A DNA stretch of 60,405 bases, from positions 1 to 60,405 of the forward strand of contig JASJAT010000052.1 in NCBI GenBank assembly GCA_030066885.1. The letters are read 5' to 3'. This document shows positions 37,189 through 49,642 of the stretch, in pieces. Source of the stretch: Arenicellales bacterium (lineage in GTDB: Bacteria > Pseudomonadota > Gammaproteobacteria > Arenicellales > JAANXG01). The translations under genes and the position numbers were made by a program. The notes beneath the pieces are model-generated. The model was given only the letters and a program-made list of their open reading frames with translations, was not told where the DNA came from and did not search any database. Each line of letters starts with the position of its first letter. The first letter of the stretch is position 1.

Positions 37189-38687
37189 CGCAGGTACTCC
37201 CGCTCCGCGATCAGCTCAGCCCACTCAAGAGGACTGTACGGGGCAGCCGCGAACAGCCCTGCCGCGAGTGCCAGCACCGCCGTGGCTACAGGGGGCCAGA
37301 ACAGGGCACCGGTCGTCTCAAACCAGCCCGTCCTTGGGTGCTCGTTTGGCCAGTCAACCGGCGCCTCAAGGAACCAAGCACGGTATAAAACCGGGAGGAA
37401 GTAAGCCGCGTTGAGTAAACTGCTGATGATCAGAACCGGTAGCACCCAGGCAGCCGCGCCGGCCTCCAAGGCACCCAAACCAAGATACCACTTGGTGACG
37501 TAGCCGGCTACCGGGGGTATGCCGATCATCCCCAACGCTCCCACGGTAAACGCAAGTGTTGTGCCCGGCATACGACGGCCGATTCCATTCATTTCACTGA
37601 CTTTATGCACACCCAACGTCTCGGCGTAGTTGCCGGCGGCGAAAAACAATGTGATCTTCATCACCCCCTGGTGCACAAGGTGTACTACACCACCGATGGT
37701 CGCTATCGGCCCGAGTGTCGCCGTACCGAGGGCGATGTAGGAGACCTGACTGACAGTGGAATAAGCCAAGCGTTTTTTAAGGTTGTCCTGAGACAGAGCC
37801 TTTATGGAACCGTAAATGATTGTGACAGCCGCCATGACACCGAGGGGGAGCAACAAATTAAGGTCCGCCGCGAATTCAACACCATACACGTCGTACACCA
37901 CTCGAACGATACCGAATGCGCCGGCTTTGACTACGGCGACCGCATGAAGCAGGGCGCTGACCGGTGCCGGAGCTACCATCGCCTGCGGTAACCAGCCGTG
38001 TAGCGGAACAAGTGCAGCTTTGACACCCAGTCCAAGCACCAGCAGCACAAAGATCCATTTGAGCTGGCTGTATGTCTGCTCGGGTAGACGCGACAACACA
38101 CCTCCCTCCACAAAAGTGACCGGACCGGCGACGGCGTGCAACCACACAGCGCCCAATAGCAATGCGAGACCACCGCCCAGGGTATAAACCAGATAGATTC
38201 GCGCCCCGCGAATCGCCTCGGTGTTACCCCTATGCGCCACCAGCGGATAGGTGGCCAGCGTCAGCAGCTCGTAAAAGATCACGAATGTGAACAGATTAGC
38301 AGCCAATGCAAGTCCAACAGTCGCCGATACGCATAGGCTAAAAAATCCGAAGAAGCGACTCCGTTTTGGCGAGTGCTCCAGATAACCGATCGCGTAGAGA
38401 GTGGTGACGAACCACAGTATCGTGGACAGGGTAACGAACAGAACCGACAGTGCGTCGGCGTGCAGTGCCAGTTCAAGTCCAGGCGCCAGGGTCCAGCGGG
38501 TGGCATAGACCTTTTCGTGGAACACACCCCAGATCATGATACCGACGAGCACCAGCTTGGCGAAGGCACCACCAAGGTTCAGCAGTGTGCGGGTAAATTG
38601 GCTACCCTCGCGTAGAAAAAAAATGACCAGGCCCGGAAGCAGCGAGGAGGCGACGATCAGGCCGGGCAGCGTAGACGATAGGTTCAT
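37185..38687 (-). CDS. mrpD: Mrp antiporter MrpD-like subunit 2
   Basis: FYELLTL, HGWLPQAMVAPAPVSALLHAVAVVKAG, KKRLAYSTVSQ. Confidence 0.88.
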   Translation of the reverse strand: MNLSSTLPGLIVASSLLPGLVIFFLREGSQFTRTLLNLGGAFAKLVLVGIMIWGVFHEKVYATRWTLAPGLELALHADALSVLFVTLSTILWFVTTLYAIGYLEHSPKRSRFFGFFSLCVSATVGLALAANLFTFVIFYELLTLATYPLVAHRGNTEAIRGARIYLVYTLGGGLALLLGAVWLHAVAGPVTFVEGGVLSRLPEQTYSQLKWIFVLLVLGLGVKAALVPLHGWLPQAMVAPAPVSALLHAVAVVKAGAFGIVRVVYDVYGVEFAADLNLLLPLGVMAAVTIIYGSIKALSQDNLKKRLAYSTVSQVSYIALGTATLGPIATIGGVVHLVHQGVMKITLFFAAGNYAETLGVHKVSEMNGIGRRMPGTTLAFTVGALGMIGIPPVAGYVTKWYLGLGALEAGAAAWVLPVLIISSLLNAAYFLPVLYRAWFLEAPVDWPNEHPRTGWFETTGALFWPPVATAVLALAAGLFAAAPYSPLEWAELIAEREYLR

Positions 38688-40123
38688 ATGTCATTCCCGA
38701 GCAGCGGCCACAGCCAACCACTGCCGACGCCGAGAAGCACCGCTGCGATGGCACTCAGCAGTAGCGCGGGCCACTCCTCTCTCGCGATGGCGACCGGGGC
38801 ATCGGGCTGGGAACTTCCAGCGAAAGCCCGCTCCAGTACTCGAAAAACGTAGGCGGCGGCTAACATCGACCCCGTGGCCACGACAATCACCCACAGCCAC
38901 TGACCAAGCCCGAGGGCGCTGGACAGGAGCTGCCACTTGCCCAAAAAGGCGCCGCTGGGGGGCAGGCCGATCAGCGCGACCCCGGCCAGTGCAATCGTGA
39001 AAGTGGTTACAGGCATTCGCTGTGCCATTCCGCCCAGGTTAGAAATCTGGTCATTCCCCGAGCGCTTTTGCACCATCCCGGCAGCAAGAAACAAACCGGC
39101 CTTGGCAAACCCATGGGTCAGGGCCATCAGCACGATGCCCCCGAACAGAACGTCACGCGTCGGCCCCGGTGCAAGCTGGAACAGTAACGCCAGACCGAGA
39201 AAAAGATAGCCCAATTGGGCGACGGTGGAGTAAGCGGCCAACAGCTTAAGCCGTTCCGCCTTGAAGGCCTGCCACGAACCCCAAAGCACCGCAGCCGCGC
39301 CAGGGATCCCGAGCAGCAGACCAGTAGAAGGTGTCAGCAGAGCCGGGAACAGGTCTATCCACAGCCGCATAACCAGGTAGAAACCGGCCTTCACCACCAA
39401 TGCAGACAACACAGCACTGACCGGAGCCGGTGCATTGGCATGCGCCGGCGGCAACCAGAAGTGCAACGGAAACAAGGCTGTCTTCAACAAGAGGCCACCG
39501 GTCATCAGGCACAGCGCCAGCCACGCAATCGGTTCCGATTCGATCTGGGTCGCGATGGCCGGGAGGTCAAGGGTGCCATAGCCGAGGTAGAGGAGCGCCA
39601 CCCCGGCGAGGTAGACCATGGACCCCAGCAACCCAACCAACAGGTAGCGCAGCGCCGCGTCGATCGCGGCACGTTGGCCGCTCAGTGCAGCGAGAGAAAC
39701 CGCGGTCAGTCCAAGGAGCTCTAGGGTCACATATACATTGAACAAGTCGCTGGAGAGCACCAGGGCATTCAGAGCAGCCAGCAGCAACAGCCACATCGGC
39801 CAGAAATGTGCCTTCTCCCGGGGTTGTCCGAAATACCCGGTTGCGTAGACGCTGCTGGCCAAAACCACCAACCCGACGAGCACTAAAAAGACAGCGGAAA
39901 GGATATCGACGCGGAGGGCAATACCCAGCCCTGGCGTCCAGCCACCCATCTCGTGTTGGAGCGCACCGACGACGAGAACTTGGACCAGCGTCAAAACCGC
40001 CGCGACGCTGACAGCGAAGGCTGTCAACATGCCAACGACCTCGCAACGTCGAGGCCACGCGACAGCGATCAGCGCCCCGCAGAGCGGCAGGGCCACAGAA
40101 AGGACCAGCACGTCAACTTCCAT
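38684..40123 (-). CDS. mrpD: Mrp antiporter MrpD-like subunit 1
   Basis: DLFNVYVTLE, KTALFPLHFWLPPAH, AYSTVAQLGY; start moved to ATG 40123. Confidence 0.88.
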   Translation of the reverse strand: MEVDVLVLSVALPLCGALIAVAWPRRCEVVGMLTAFAVSVAAVLTLVQVLVVGALQHEMGGWTPGLGIALRVDILSAVFLVLVGLVVLASSVYATGYFGQPREKAHFWPMWLLLLAALNALVLSSDLFNVYVTLELLGLTAVSLAALSGQRAAIDAALRYLLVGLLGSMVYLAGVALLYLGYGTLDLPAIATQIESEPIAWLALCLMTGGLLLKTALFPLHFWLPPAHANAPAPVSAVLSALVVKAGFYLVMRLWIDLFPALLTPSTGLLLGIPGAAAVLWGSWQAFKAERLKLLAAYSTVAQLGYLFLGLALLFQLAPGPTRDVLFGGIVLMALTHGFAKAGLFLAAGMVQKRSGNDQISNLGGMAQRMPVTTFTIALAGVALIGLPPSGAFLGKWQLLSSALGLGQWLWVIVVATGSMLAAAYVFRVLERAFAGSSQPDAPVAIAREEWPALLLSAIAAVLLGVGSGWLWPLLGNDI

Positions 40124-40397
40124 CTTTGTCCCTGCGGCGGCGTTCAAGGGCAAGTCCGAGCGCAGTAGCACTTACCGCCACGACAATCCCGGTCAGAACC
40201 AATGCATGCAGTACAGGGTCGGCGGCGGTGTCCGGACCGGTATACGCGGTCGCTATCATCAGCAGGAAGATACCGACCCCCATGATGTTAATGGCAAGAA
40301 GTTTGCGTATGACCTCGGGCTCCAGCAGCGTTGCGCGAAATCCCATTGCCGCCAGAGCGACCCCCGTTAATCCATACAGTACGCCGGTGTCGATCAT
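40113..40397 (-). CDS. mrpC: Mrp antiporter subunit C
   Basis: RKLLAINIM, DPVLHALVLTGIVV. Confidence 0.9.
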   Translation of the reverse strand: MIDTGVLYGLTGVALAAMGFRATLLEPEVIRKLLAINIMGVGIFLLMIATAYTGPDTAADPVLHALVLTGIVVAVSATALGLALERRRRDKDGS

Positions 40398-41362
40398 GGT
40401 TTGGATCCCGCTGGAGTAATGCGCCTCCGTTCCGGCTCACTTCCGAGATAGCAAAGAATCAACGTTACGGCGATTGCCAAGGTGGCGAACAGCTCGATCA
40501 ACAGAATCAATTCGCCGGCCCATCGCTGCGGATAAGCGAGAAAACCCCGGCCTCCCAGGAACGTCCATAGACCCATCGTCATGAAAATGCCGATGCCGCT
40601 CACCATAAGTACTCGCAAGACCGCTCCGACGGGTAAACCAGCGTGCGCTCTTCCGGCAAGATGCTGAACCACCCCGGCGGCCGCCAGCAAAGCTCCAGCC
40701 TGGAAAGCCCCACCCGGTGCGTGGGCGCCCACCCATAACTGGTAGCCGGCCGTCAGGATCAGCAATGGCACCAGCCAACCCCTCAGGCTGGTGGCGATTG
40801 GATCTACGGTACAATGTGTGGCGCGACCCCCACCGAGTGACAGAATACCTAGCAGCGCCGCAAGCAACACAGCCAGTTCAAGCAAGGTGTCGTAGGCTCG
40901 GAAGTTGAGGAGCACTGCGGTCACCGGGTTGCTGACACCACTAAGCTCGAGTGCGCTTCCGACCTGACCGGCCAGCCGTCCGCTTTGAGTGTCGTTCATG
41001 CCGTAAAGTACAGCCCAGCCGATACCCAATGCCACTAAGGATACGGACACCGTGATTGCAACATTACCCCAGCGCCCTCCCCATCGCATTCCGTTGTTGG
41101 AGACAAGCCTGCTCTCCTCCGATGGTCTGTTACGTAGTGCGGTGAGCAGCAGGGCGCCGGTGAGCCCGGCACCGATTGCGGCTTCGGCCAGTGCAACGTC
41201 GGGCGCTCTCAGTCTAGCCCAGACCAGAGCCGTGACCAGACCGAAAGCGATAAAGAGGATTATTGACTGGCGTAGGCTGCGGGCACGGAGTGCTGCGCCT
41301 GCCAATAGCACAAGGGCAATAACCAATAGGATGTCGAGGAACGACCACGAGAGGGTATTCAT
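40394..41362 (-). CDS. mrpB: Mrp antiporter DUF4040-MrpB fusion subunit
   Basis: APDVALAEAAIGAG, NPVTAVLLNFRAYDTLLE, HAPGGAFQAG; start moved to ATG 41362. Confidence 0.88.
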   Translation of the reverse strand: MNTLSWSFLDILLVIALVLLAGAALRARSLRQSIILFIAFGLVTALVWARLRAPDVALAEAAIGAGLTGALLLTALRNRPSEESRLVSNNGMRWGGRWGNVAITVSVSLVALGIGWAVLYGMNDTQSGRLAGQVGSALELSGVSNPVTAVLLNFRAYDTLLELAVLLAALLGILSLGGGRATHCTVDPIATSLRGWLVPLLILTAGYQLWVGAHAPGGAFQAGALLAAAGVVQHLAGRAHAGLPVGAVLRVLMVSGIGIFMTMGLWTFLGGRGFLAYPQRWAGELILLIELFATLAIAVTLILCYLGSEPERRRITPAGSKP

Positions 41363-41375
41363 GTCAGGGATCCTG

Positions 41376-41648
41376 TTAAGAGCGCCCGGAATACTGGGCA
41401 ATCAACTGGCTAGCAGCGGCGCTGGCGGTCAGCACCAGGATCCAGATCAAGAGCAGTTTAAGCGCTGTTAAAAGGTCATCCGATCGAAGCATAAGGCCTA
41501 GGATTAGCAACCCATGGCCGAGGTTATCCGATTTGGTCAAGGCATGCAGACGGCAGTATAAATCGGGCAGGCGTAACAATCCGATGGTGCCGGAAACGAA
41601 AAAGGCAACGCCCGCCAGGATTAGAAAAGTAGAGATCCAATCAAGCAC
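41376..41648 (-). CDS. mrpG: Mrp antiporter subunit G
   Basis: GLLRLPDLYCRLHALTK; GTG start after GGAGG. Confidence 0.9.
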   Translation of the reverse strand: MLDWISTFLILAGVAFFVSGTIGLLRLPDLYCRLHALTKSDNLGHGLLILGLMLRSDDLLTALKLLLIWILVLTASAAASQLIAQYSGRS

Positions 41649-41904
41649 GTTCGCTGCCTCCGCTCCGCCGGGTAAACGCAACCACAGCGATTACCGCTAG
41701 CAGAGCAAGCACCAGGGCAACGTCGACAAGCGCGGGCATATCGAGTATTTGCGCGAGCAACAGGATCAACCCGACGCCATTGGTCCCGAGCAACTGAGCG
41801 GTCAACATCCGCTCAACAGAGCTGGTGGATCGGACCATGGGCACCAATCCGACGACCAACGTCGCCGCCATGACCACGCAGGCGAGCATGAGCACGTCAG
41901 GCAT
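41641..41904 (-). CDS. mrpF: Mrp antiporter subunit F
   Basis: 3 TM segments, ERMLTAQLLGT, DVALVLALL. Confidence 0.88.
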   Translation of the reverse strand: MPDVLMLACVVMAATLVVGLVPMVRSTSSVERMLTAQLLGTNGVGLILLLAQILDMPALVDVALVLALLAVIAVVAFTRRSGGSERA

Positions 41905-42400
41905 GCTGCGGATCCCCTTCCAGCACGAAAACAGCCGCTATAGCTTCCTCGAGTCTCTGAAGTTCCAGTTCAGACTGCGCGTCTGTGTCCAGCACGTGTA
42001 CCGTCAGAACGTCGTCCTGAAACTCCGCTGTTAGCGTACCCGGTAACAGGCTTACGCAGTTTGCAAACAAGATCCTGGGACCTCCGGCGGGTAAACGGCA
42101 GGTATACGTCAGGAAGCCGGGTTGTATTTTAAGTACTGGTGTAAGGGTGCGGCGCGCCACGTCTAGCCCGCCGCGCAACGACTCAAACAGGAAAAAACTG
42201 ACAAAGCCAAGCGCACCTAACAAGGAAACCTTGCGGTTTTCTCTCGGGCCGAGTTCTGTACTCGCCCAGGCCGCCACGACCACGGCCGGCACCCCAATAA
42301 GCCATGAGCTGGTGTCGCCGTCGGAGATGACCACCCAAAGTCCGGCCAATACGAAGCATCGCAGGGCCCAAGACGGCCACAGTTTCAAAGTGGATTTCAT
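41897..42400 (-). CDS. mrpE: Mrp antiporter subunit E
   Basis: GGLDVARR, SLLPGTL, LTVHVLD; start moved to ATG 42400. Confidence 0.9.
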   Translation of the reverse strand: MKSTLKLWPSWALRCFVLAGLWVVISDGDTSSWLIGVPAVVVAAWASTELGPRENRKVSLLGALGFVSFFLFESLRGGLDVARRTLTPVLKIQPGFLTYTCRLPAGGPRILFANCVSLLPGTLTAEFQDDVLTVHVLDTDAQSELELQRLEEAIAAVFVLEGDPQHA

Positions 42401-42416
42401 TCTTCTAATACGATTG

Positions 42417-44642
<2,226 letters not shown>

Positions 44643-45060
44643 TCAAGTTGCTCGATTTAAAGTTGTTGACCACCATTAATATTGTTATTACTGCCGTGAA
44701 CGTTCTGTGAACAACTTGGGTGTTTCAATTATGGCTACAAGGATCGTGGATCAGTCCATCCCGATCCTTTGAGGTTCTGCAGTAAGTACGTTGCGGCTGT
44801 TCAGGCTCTAGAGACGTATGACTTGGGTTGGCCGATCCCAAAACAGACTAACCAAACATTTGACGTCGATCACACGCCTTAATAAGAAAAAACCTTTAAA
44901 AATATCCTGTCGCCTTACAAGTTCTTGGTATGACTACCTTCGTTCTTATTTCTCGAAAGTTGTTTTTGCTAGTGTTGAGCGGACTGGTACATTGTTGTAT
45001 TTCAAATTAGGCTCGTACAGTAGACGTTTCAATTTGGTTTGTTAGAGGATAGTTACACAA

Positions 45061-45960
45061 ATGAATAACCTGAATCTCAAGCACCTCCGCTATTTCTGGG
45101 TTGTGGCCAGTCGGGGATCGATCACCAGCGCCAGCGAAGTCCTGCATCTGACGCCACAAACGATCAGCGGCCAGCTACGCGTGCTCGAGGAGAGTATAGG
45201 TGCCAAGGTGTTCGAGAAATCGGGGCGTAACCTTGTACTCACCGATACCGGACGCACGGTGTTTTCCTATGCAGACGAAATATTCCGGCTGACCGGTGAA
45301 CTCCAGGATCTCCTCGAGGGCCGCCCGGCCAACAGAGGACTGGTGCTTGATGTTGGAATATCCAATATTGTGCCGAAACTGCTGGCCTATCGTGTTCTCG
45401 AACCGGTGATGCACATGGAGGAGAAGGTCCGGCTGATTTGCCATGAGGCACCGCTCGTTGACTTACTGGCCGATCTCTCGGTGCACAAGCTTGATCTCGT
45501 ACTGGCCGACAGCCCGGTCAGCCCCGTATTCAACGTCAAAGCGTATAACCACGTGTTAGGTGAATCCGGTACCAGTTTTTTTGTAAGTGGCCGAAACGCG
45601 GCGCGTTACAGCAAAGGATTTCCGGGGTCTCTCGACGGCGCGCCTATGCTGATGCCGACCAGTGGCAGCAGCTTTCGGCGGACGCTGGACCAATGGCTCG
45701 AGCGTGAAGGCATTCAACCCCTGATCGTTGCTGAATTCGAAGACAGGGCTCTGATGAAGGCATTCGGTGAGGCCGGTGCGGGTGTGTTCACGTCACCCAC
45801 AGCCGTTGAAGAGGACGTCAAGGCTAAATATAGTGTACACGTGATCGCCCGGGTTGAAGATCTACACGAGAGGTTCTATGCCATCTCCACCGAGCGCCGT
45901 ATTAAACATCCAGCAGTAGCAACGATCACGACCGCCGCTAGGAAGGATTTGTTCAAATAG
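45061..45960 (+). CDS. nhaR: LysR-family transcriptional activator NhaR
   Basis: LNLKHLRYFWVVA, LHLTPQTISGQ, EFEDRALMKAFG, FYAISTERRIKHPAV. Confidence 0.9.
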   Translation: MNNLNLKHLRYFWVVASRGSITSASEVLHLTPQTISGQLRVLEESIGAKVFEKSGRNLVLTDTGRTVFSYADEIFRLTGELQDLLEGRPANRGLVLDVGISNIVPKLLAYRVLEPVMHMEEKVRLICHEAPLVDLLADLSVHKLDLVLADSPVSPVFNVKAYNHVLGESGTSFFVSGRNAARYSKGFPGSLDGAPMLMPTSGSSFRRTLDQWLEREGIQPLIVAEFEDRALMKAFGEAGAGVFTSPTAVEEDVKAKYSVHVIARVEDLHERFYAISTERRIKHPAVATITTAARKDLFK

Positions 45961-46244
45961 CCGAAAACCTATAATCGAAAATTAGCCTATTCATTTCGAA
46001 TAGTATAGTGGCCACGACATATACCGGTGGACAGGGATGCTCGAAAGCCTCAGAACCGCAGCAGGTTAGATCTTGAAAAGAGTTCCAAAAGCCTTTAGTG
46101 ACTTTTTAAAACACGACATGGCGGCGTTTCATCCTATCTCGTTAAACTAAAAATGAACGAAAGCTATATAAACGGCGAAACCAAGTTTACGGAGAGAAAT
46201 TCGTTACTCGATTTGAAGTTTTGCCCCTGAGGTATCGGTGTAGT

Positions 46245-46312
46245 ACTTCGAAATTTTCTTAATATCAGTATACATAAATCGACTTATCGGAATGGTGGTT
46301 CACCCCTACAAT
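46245..46312 (+). promoter_or_regulatory. LysR/NhaR-type promoter, copy 2
   Basis: ACTTCGAA-N3-TTCTTA-N12-ATAAATCGACTTATCGGAAT-N13-TACAAT; the 20-bp core is identical to 33438..33457. Confidence 0.7.
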
Positions 46313-46344
46313 GGAGCCTATCTAAATCAAACTCGGAGTTAAAA

Positions 46345-46446
46345 ATGAACTACTTGGAAGATCGCAGAATTGACCGTAACGATGTTAAGAGTGGCTGGAT
46401 CTTATTAGCCATGGTAAAACTGGGTTTCGTGGCACTGACACTTTAA
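46345..46446 (+). CDS. unannotated 33-aa single-pass membrane micro-protein (paralog of 29778..29897)
   Basis: GGAG RBS; MNYLEDRRIDRNDVKSGWILLAMVKLGFVALTL*; lies directly downstream of promoter copy 2. Confidence 0.75.
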   Translation: MNYLEDRRIDRNDVKSGWILLAMVKLGFVALTL

Positions 46447-46481
46447 GTACCGAACCGAAATTCCGTGATATAAGCCTTGAC

Positions 46482-47528
46482 TCACGTAGCTGACGAGTGT
46501 AGCTCGACGATATCGCCGTCGGCCACCGGATGGTCAGGGCCGACCTGTTGGCCTTCGAACTGACCACTCTCGCCCCACACCCGGGCAAATCGAAGCGTGG
46601 CGGCGATGTCCTTGTGCACGAGTTTGGCGACGTCGATGACGGTGTCACCGCGACGTACAGTGAACGGTCGTTCGGTGTCGGCAGACTTGCCAGGTATTTT
46701 ACTGTAGACACGCACAATACCTAGTCCCTTGAACAGGAGCTCAATCAACTCCTCCAGTCCTTGTCCAGTTTTGACGGACGTGGCAATCGCCGGGTAGTCC
46801 ACACCGAGCAATTCCTCGAGTGCGTCCAGTTCCCCGGGGTGGGGGTCGAGATCGCACTTGGAGGCCACCAGTACAGTCGGCAGCCGAATCAGGAATGGAT
46901 CGTCGAGGATCTCGTCCTCCTCCGCCGGTGCCGAGGCTACGATTCCGCCCTCGAGCCATGGCCAGTGCTCTTCCAGGACGATCTGACGCTCGGCAAGCCG
47001 CTCGCGAACGGCCGCCACGTGATCCACACACTCCGGTTCGTTCAAGTCCACCACCAGCAACGCGGCGTCAGCAGGCTGTAGTGTGTTGACAATCCATGGC
47101 TCCATGAAATCACGGGAGACGGGCGGTAGGTCCACGAGCTGTAGATTGATGTCGTGGCAAGGGATCATCCCTGGTACTGGCAACTTGGTGGTATAGGGAT
47201 ACGGACCGACATCGGTGTGGGAACCCGTCAACTTCGTGTGCAGACTCGATTTGCCAGCATTGGGCGGGCCAAGCATGGCAATCTGTGCGGCACCCTCGGG
47301 GCGCACCGTGTAGCTTGGCCCTTTGCGCCCACCCTTCTTGGGAGCCGCCAGTTCCTCGTTGAGTTGTTTGATGCGGGTCTTGATTTCAGCCTGGAGATGC
47401 TCCGTGCCTTTGTGTTTGGGGATGGTACGCAGCATTTCTCGCAGGCAATCGAGACGTTCGCGATTACTTCGTGCCTCGCGAAATGCCTGTTCGGCTTTCT
47501 TATAGTCGGCGGTAACGTTTGTCGGCAA
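46482..47528 (-). CDS. OBG/DRG-like GTPase with C-terminal TGS domain
   Basis: IPKHKGTE, GPPNAGKS (G1), YPYTT (G2), DLPP (G3 variant), SKCD (G4), VHKD...ARVWG...DGDIVELH. Confidence 0.88.
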   Translation of the reverse strand: MPTNVTADYKKAEQAFREARSNRERLDCLREMLRTIPKHKGTEHLQAEIKTRIKQLNEELAAPKKGGRKGPSYTVRPEGAAQIAMLGPPNAGKSSLHTKLTGSHTDVGPYPYTTKLPVPGMIPCHDINLQLVDLPPVSRDFMEPWIVNTLQPADAALLVVDLNEPECVDHVAAVRERLAERQIVLEEHWPWLEGGIVASAPAEEDEILDDPFLIRLPTVLVASKCDLDPHPGELDALEELLGVDYPAIATSVKTGQGLEELIELLFKGLGIVRVYSKIPGKSADTERPFTVRRGDTVIDVAKLVHKDIAATLRFARVWGESGQFEGQQVGPDHPVADGDIVELHSSAT

Positions 47529-47613
47529 GGGATATCGTTCCTAACCGCACCACTAGAAATTAAACTTGATGAGCATGGATTACAAATGGTCTGCCTTCAC
47601 CGTTAGATTCTCA

Positions 47614-47817
47614 TCAAACCCCCGAGAACACAATGTTTTCGACCGCTTTAACCGAAGGTCTTGCGTAAAGGCTAGCGCCGACCGAACCGTCAAATGTGCG
47701 GAGCGTATCGAATACAGCATCACCATAGACAAAACCTCTATCGTGTATGCTGATCACTGCACGGCTTTCCGGAACAATTTCGCCGTTAACGTAGGCCTTG
47801 CGTTCGATGGTGGCCAT
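47614..47817 (-). pseudogene. 5' relic of a class IV (IlvE/Dat-type) aminotransferase
   Basis: YVNGEIVPE..AVISIHDRGFVYGDAVFDTLRTFDG, then similarity is lost after about 44 codons. Confidence 0.8.
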
Positions 47818-47961
47818 GCGTACCTCAAGAGTCTCGGTTTGAATAACTTAACTCAGGTATTTTCAATCTAATAAAACACGAACGACATCACGGAGTATTG
47901 AACCTATAATAACTGTGGGAAGCCTTCACACCATGGCCCACACTCTAATGAAACCAAACGC

Positions 47962-48633
47962 ATGAGCCAGATCGATTATCAACAACTTCGACACATCATG
48001 TTGGAGATTATAAAAGCATATGCCGAGGCATCGTGCGATGTAACCGGACGCGACAGTGTCGATGCCGAAGTTATGCGGATTATGGGCGAAGTCCCCCGCC
48101 ACGAGTTTGTCCTGGAGGAATTTAAGAACTTCGGATATGCAGACGATCCATTGCCAATCGGATACGAGAAAACCACCTCCCAACCTTTCATCGTCGCTTT
48201 AATGCTCGACCTGCTAAACGTGAAGGCCGACGACACTGTACTGGAAATAGGTACGGGTTTAGGTTACCAGGCAGGGATCTTGAGCCAGCTTGCCTCACAT
48301 GTGTACTCGATGGAAATTATTGAAGAGCTAGCAAGCGACGCAATTGAACGTCTAGACCGGTTCGGCTATGCAAATGTCGACGTTCGAATAGGAAACGGTT
48401 TCTATGGGTGGTCTGAACACGCGCCGTTCGACAAGATCGTGGTTGCGGCGGCACCAGAACAAATACCACCACCACTGATCGAACAACTCAAACCCGGGGG
48501 CCGCATGGTGATGCCTTTAGGTCCTGCCGGTGAGAAACAACAGCTCGTGCTGATCAACAAGGATTTATACGGCGAAGTGAGTGTAGAAAACAAGCTTCCT
48601 GTAGAGTTCGCACCAATGGTGATAGCACACTAA
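47962..48633 (+). CDS. pcm: protein-L-isoaspartate O-methyltransferase
   Basis: VPRHEFV, PLPIG...SQP, VLEIGTGLGYQ, APFDKI, QLKPGGRMV. Confidence 0.93.
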   Translation: MSQIDYQQLRHIMLEIIKAYAEASCDVTGRDSVDAEVMRIMGEVPRHEFVLEEFKNFGYADDPLPIGYEKTTSQPFIVALMLDLLNVKADDTVLEIGTGLGYQAGILSQLASHVYSMEIIEELASDAIERLDRFGYANVDVRIGNGFYGWSEHAPFDKIVVAAAPEQIPPPLIEQLKPGGRMVMPLGPAGEKQQLVLINKDLYGEVSVENKLPVEFAPMVIAH

Positions 48634-48639
48634 CGGGGA

Positions 48640-49395
48640 TTAACTCGCCTGCTGCGTTGGTCGGATCAGGATGTCGTGGATCTGCATATGTGCGGGTGCT
48701 TCGAGCAGGTAACAGACCGCGTCCGCAATATCCTCGGGGTTAAGCACCTGAAAAGCGGTATAGATTTCCTTTGCCTTGTCTTCACTGCCGTGGAACAGAC
48801 TTGCAAACTCGGTTTCGACCAAACCCGGGCTGACCGATCCGATCCGGATCATGGAATTCTGCTCGCGTAACTCCATGCGAAGTGACTCCGTCAGCGCTCT
48901 GACCGCGTGCTTGCTGGCCGAGTACATGCCGGTGCTGTGTGGAACCCGGTGCCCCGCCATCGAGGAGACATGGACGATGTGCCCGCTGCGAGAAGCCTTT
49001 GTCATCTGCATGACGGCTTCGCGAGTGGCGATACACAACGCCAGAACATTGACTTCCAGCATTTCACGCCACAGATTCGTGTCCCCCGAGGACAACGGTG
49101 ACTTGTAGCCCAGCCCGGCATTGTTCACTAACACGTCCAACGGACCAAGTGCTGACTGGATCCGGGCGAAAGCATCAACGATTTCGGTTTCCTTTCGCAT
49201 GTCAACAACCAGTGGCAGGCAGGGATTCTGCAACTGGTCAGCAAGTCTTCTTAGCCGGTCCTCGCGCCGGGCGCAAAACGCCACATGTGCTCCACGTGCA
49301 TCGAGCTCCCTGACGATCGCGGCGCCGATTCCTGATGATCCTCCGGTTACAAATGCAGTTTTACCGGAAAGGCTGCTGTTTTCCCGGACATTCAT
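48640..49395 (-). CDS. SDR NAD(P)-dependent oxidoreductase
   Basis: TGGSSGIG, CARR, VNNAG, YSASK, SPGLVETEF. Confidence 0.9.
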   Translation of the reverse strand: MNVRENSSLSGKTAFVTGGSSGIGAAIVRELDARGAHVAFCARREDRLRRLADQLQNPCLPLVVDMRKETEIVDAFARIQSALGPLDVLVNNAGLGYKSPLSSGDTNLWREMLEVNVLALCIATREAVMQMTKASRSGHIVHVSSMAGHRVPHSTGMYSASKHAVRALTESLRMELREQNSMIRIGSVSPGLVETEFASLFHGSEDKAKEIYTAFQVLNPEDIADAVCYLLEAPAHMQIHDILIRPTQQAS

Positions 49396-49642
49396 CAGCT
49401 AGGTTCGAACGCAAAGACCATATCGATTTACCTTCCAATATCAGTAAGACGGGGTTCGTTTCGGTGAGGTATTTCAGTTCACCAAATACCTAAACCGCAT
49501 CAGTGGATTGTGTATTGTAGCCAGGCTCGTGCGCCAAGAGAAAGGCGCTCTATACCACACATACCGTAACAGAGTTTGTTCAGGACCTTCTCGATTCTTG
49601 CGGAAGCGAATTCAGAGTAGTCCTCCTCCAGTACGGTGAATC

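Noticed and set aside
45953-46010. Possible third NhaR-type site right after nhaR
   Set aside because: Only the GAATAGT end matches, with no -10 at the conserved spacing; too degenerate to call.
46153-46230. 25-aa ORF MNESYINGETKFTERNSLLDLKFCP with faint ThiS-like YINGE
   Set aside because: No RBS, no C-terminal GG, and too short for the similarity to be meaningful.
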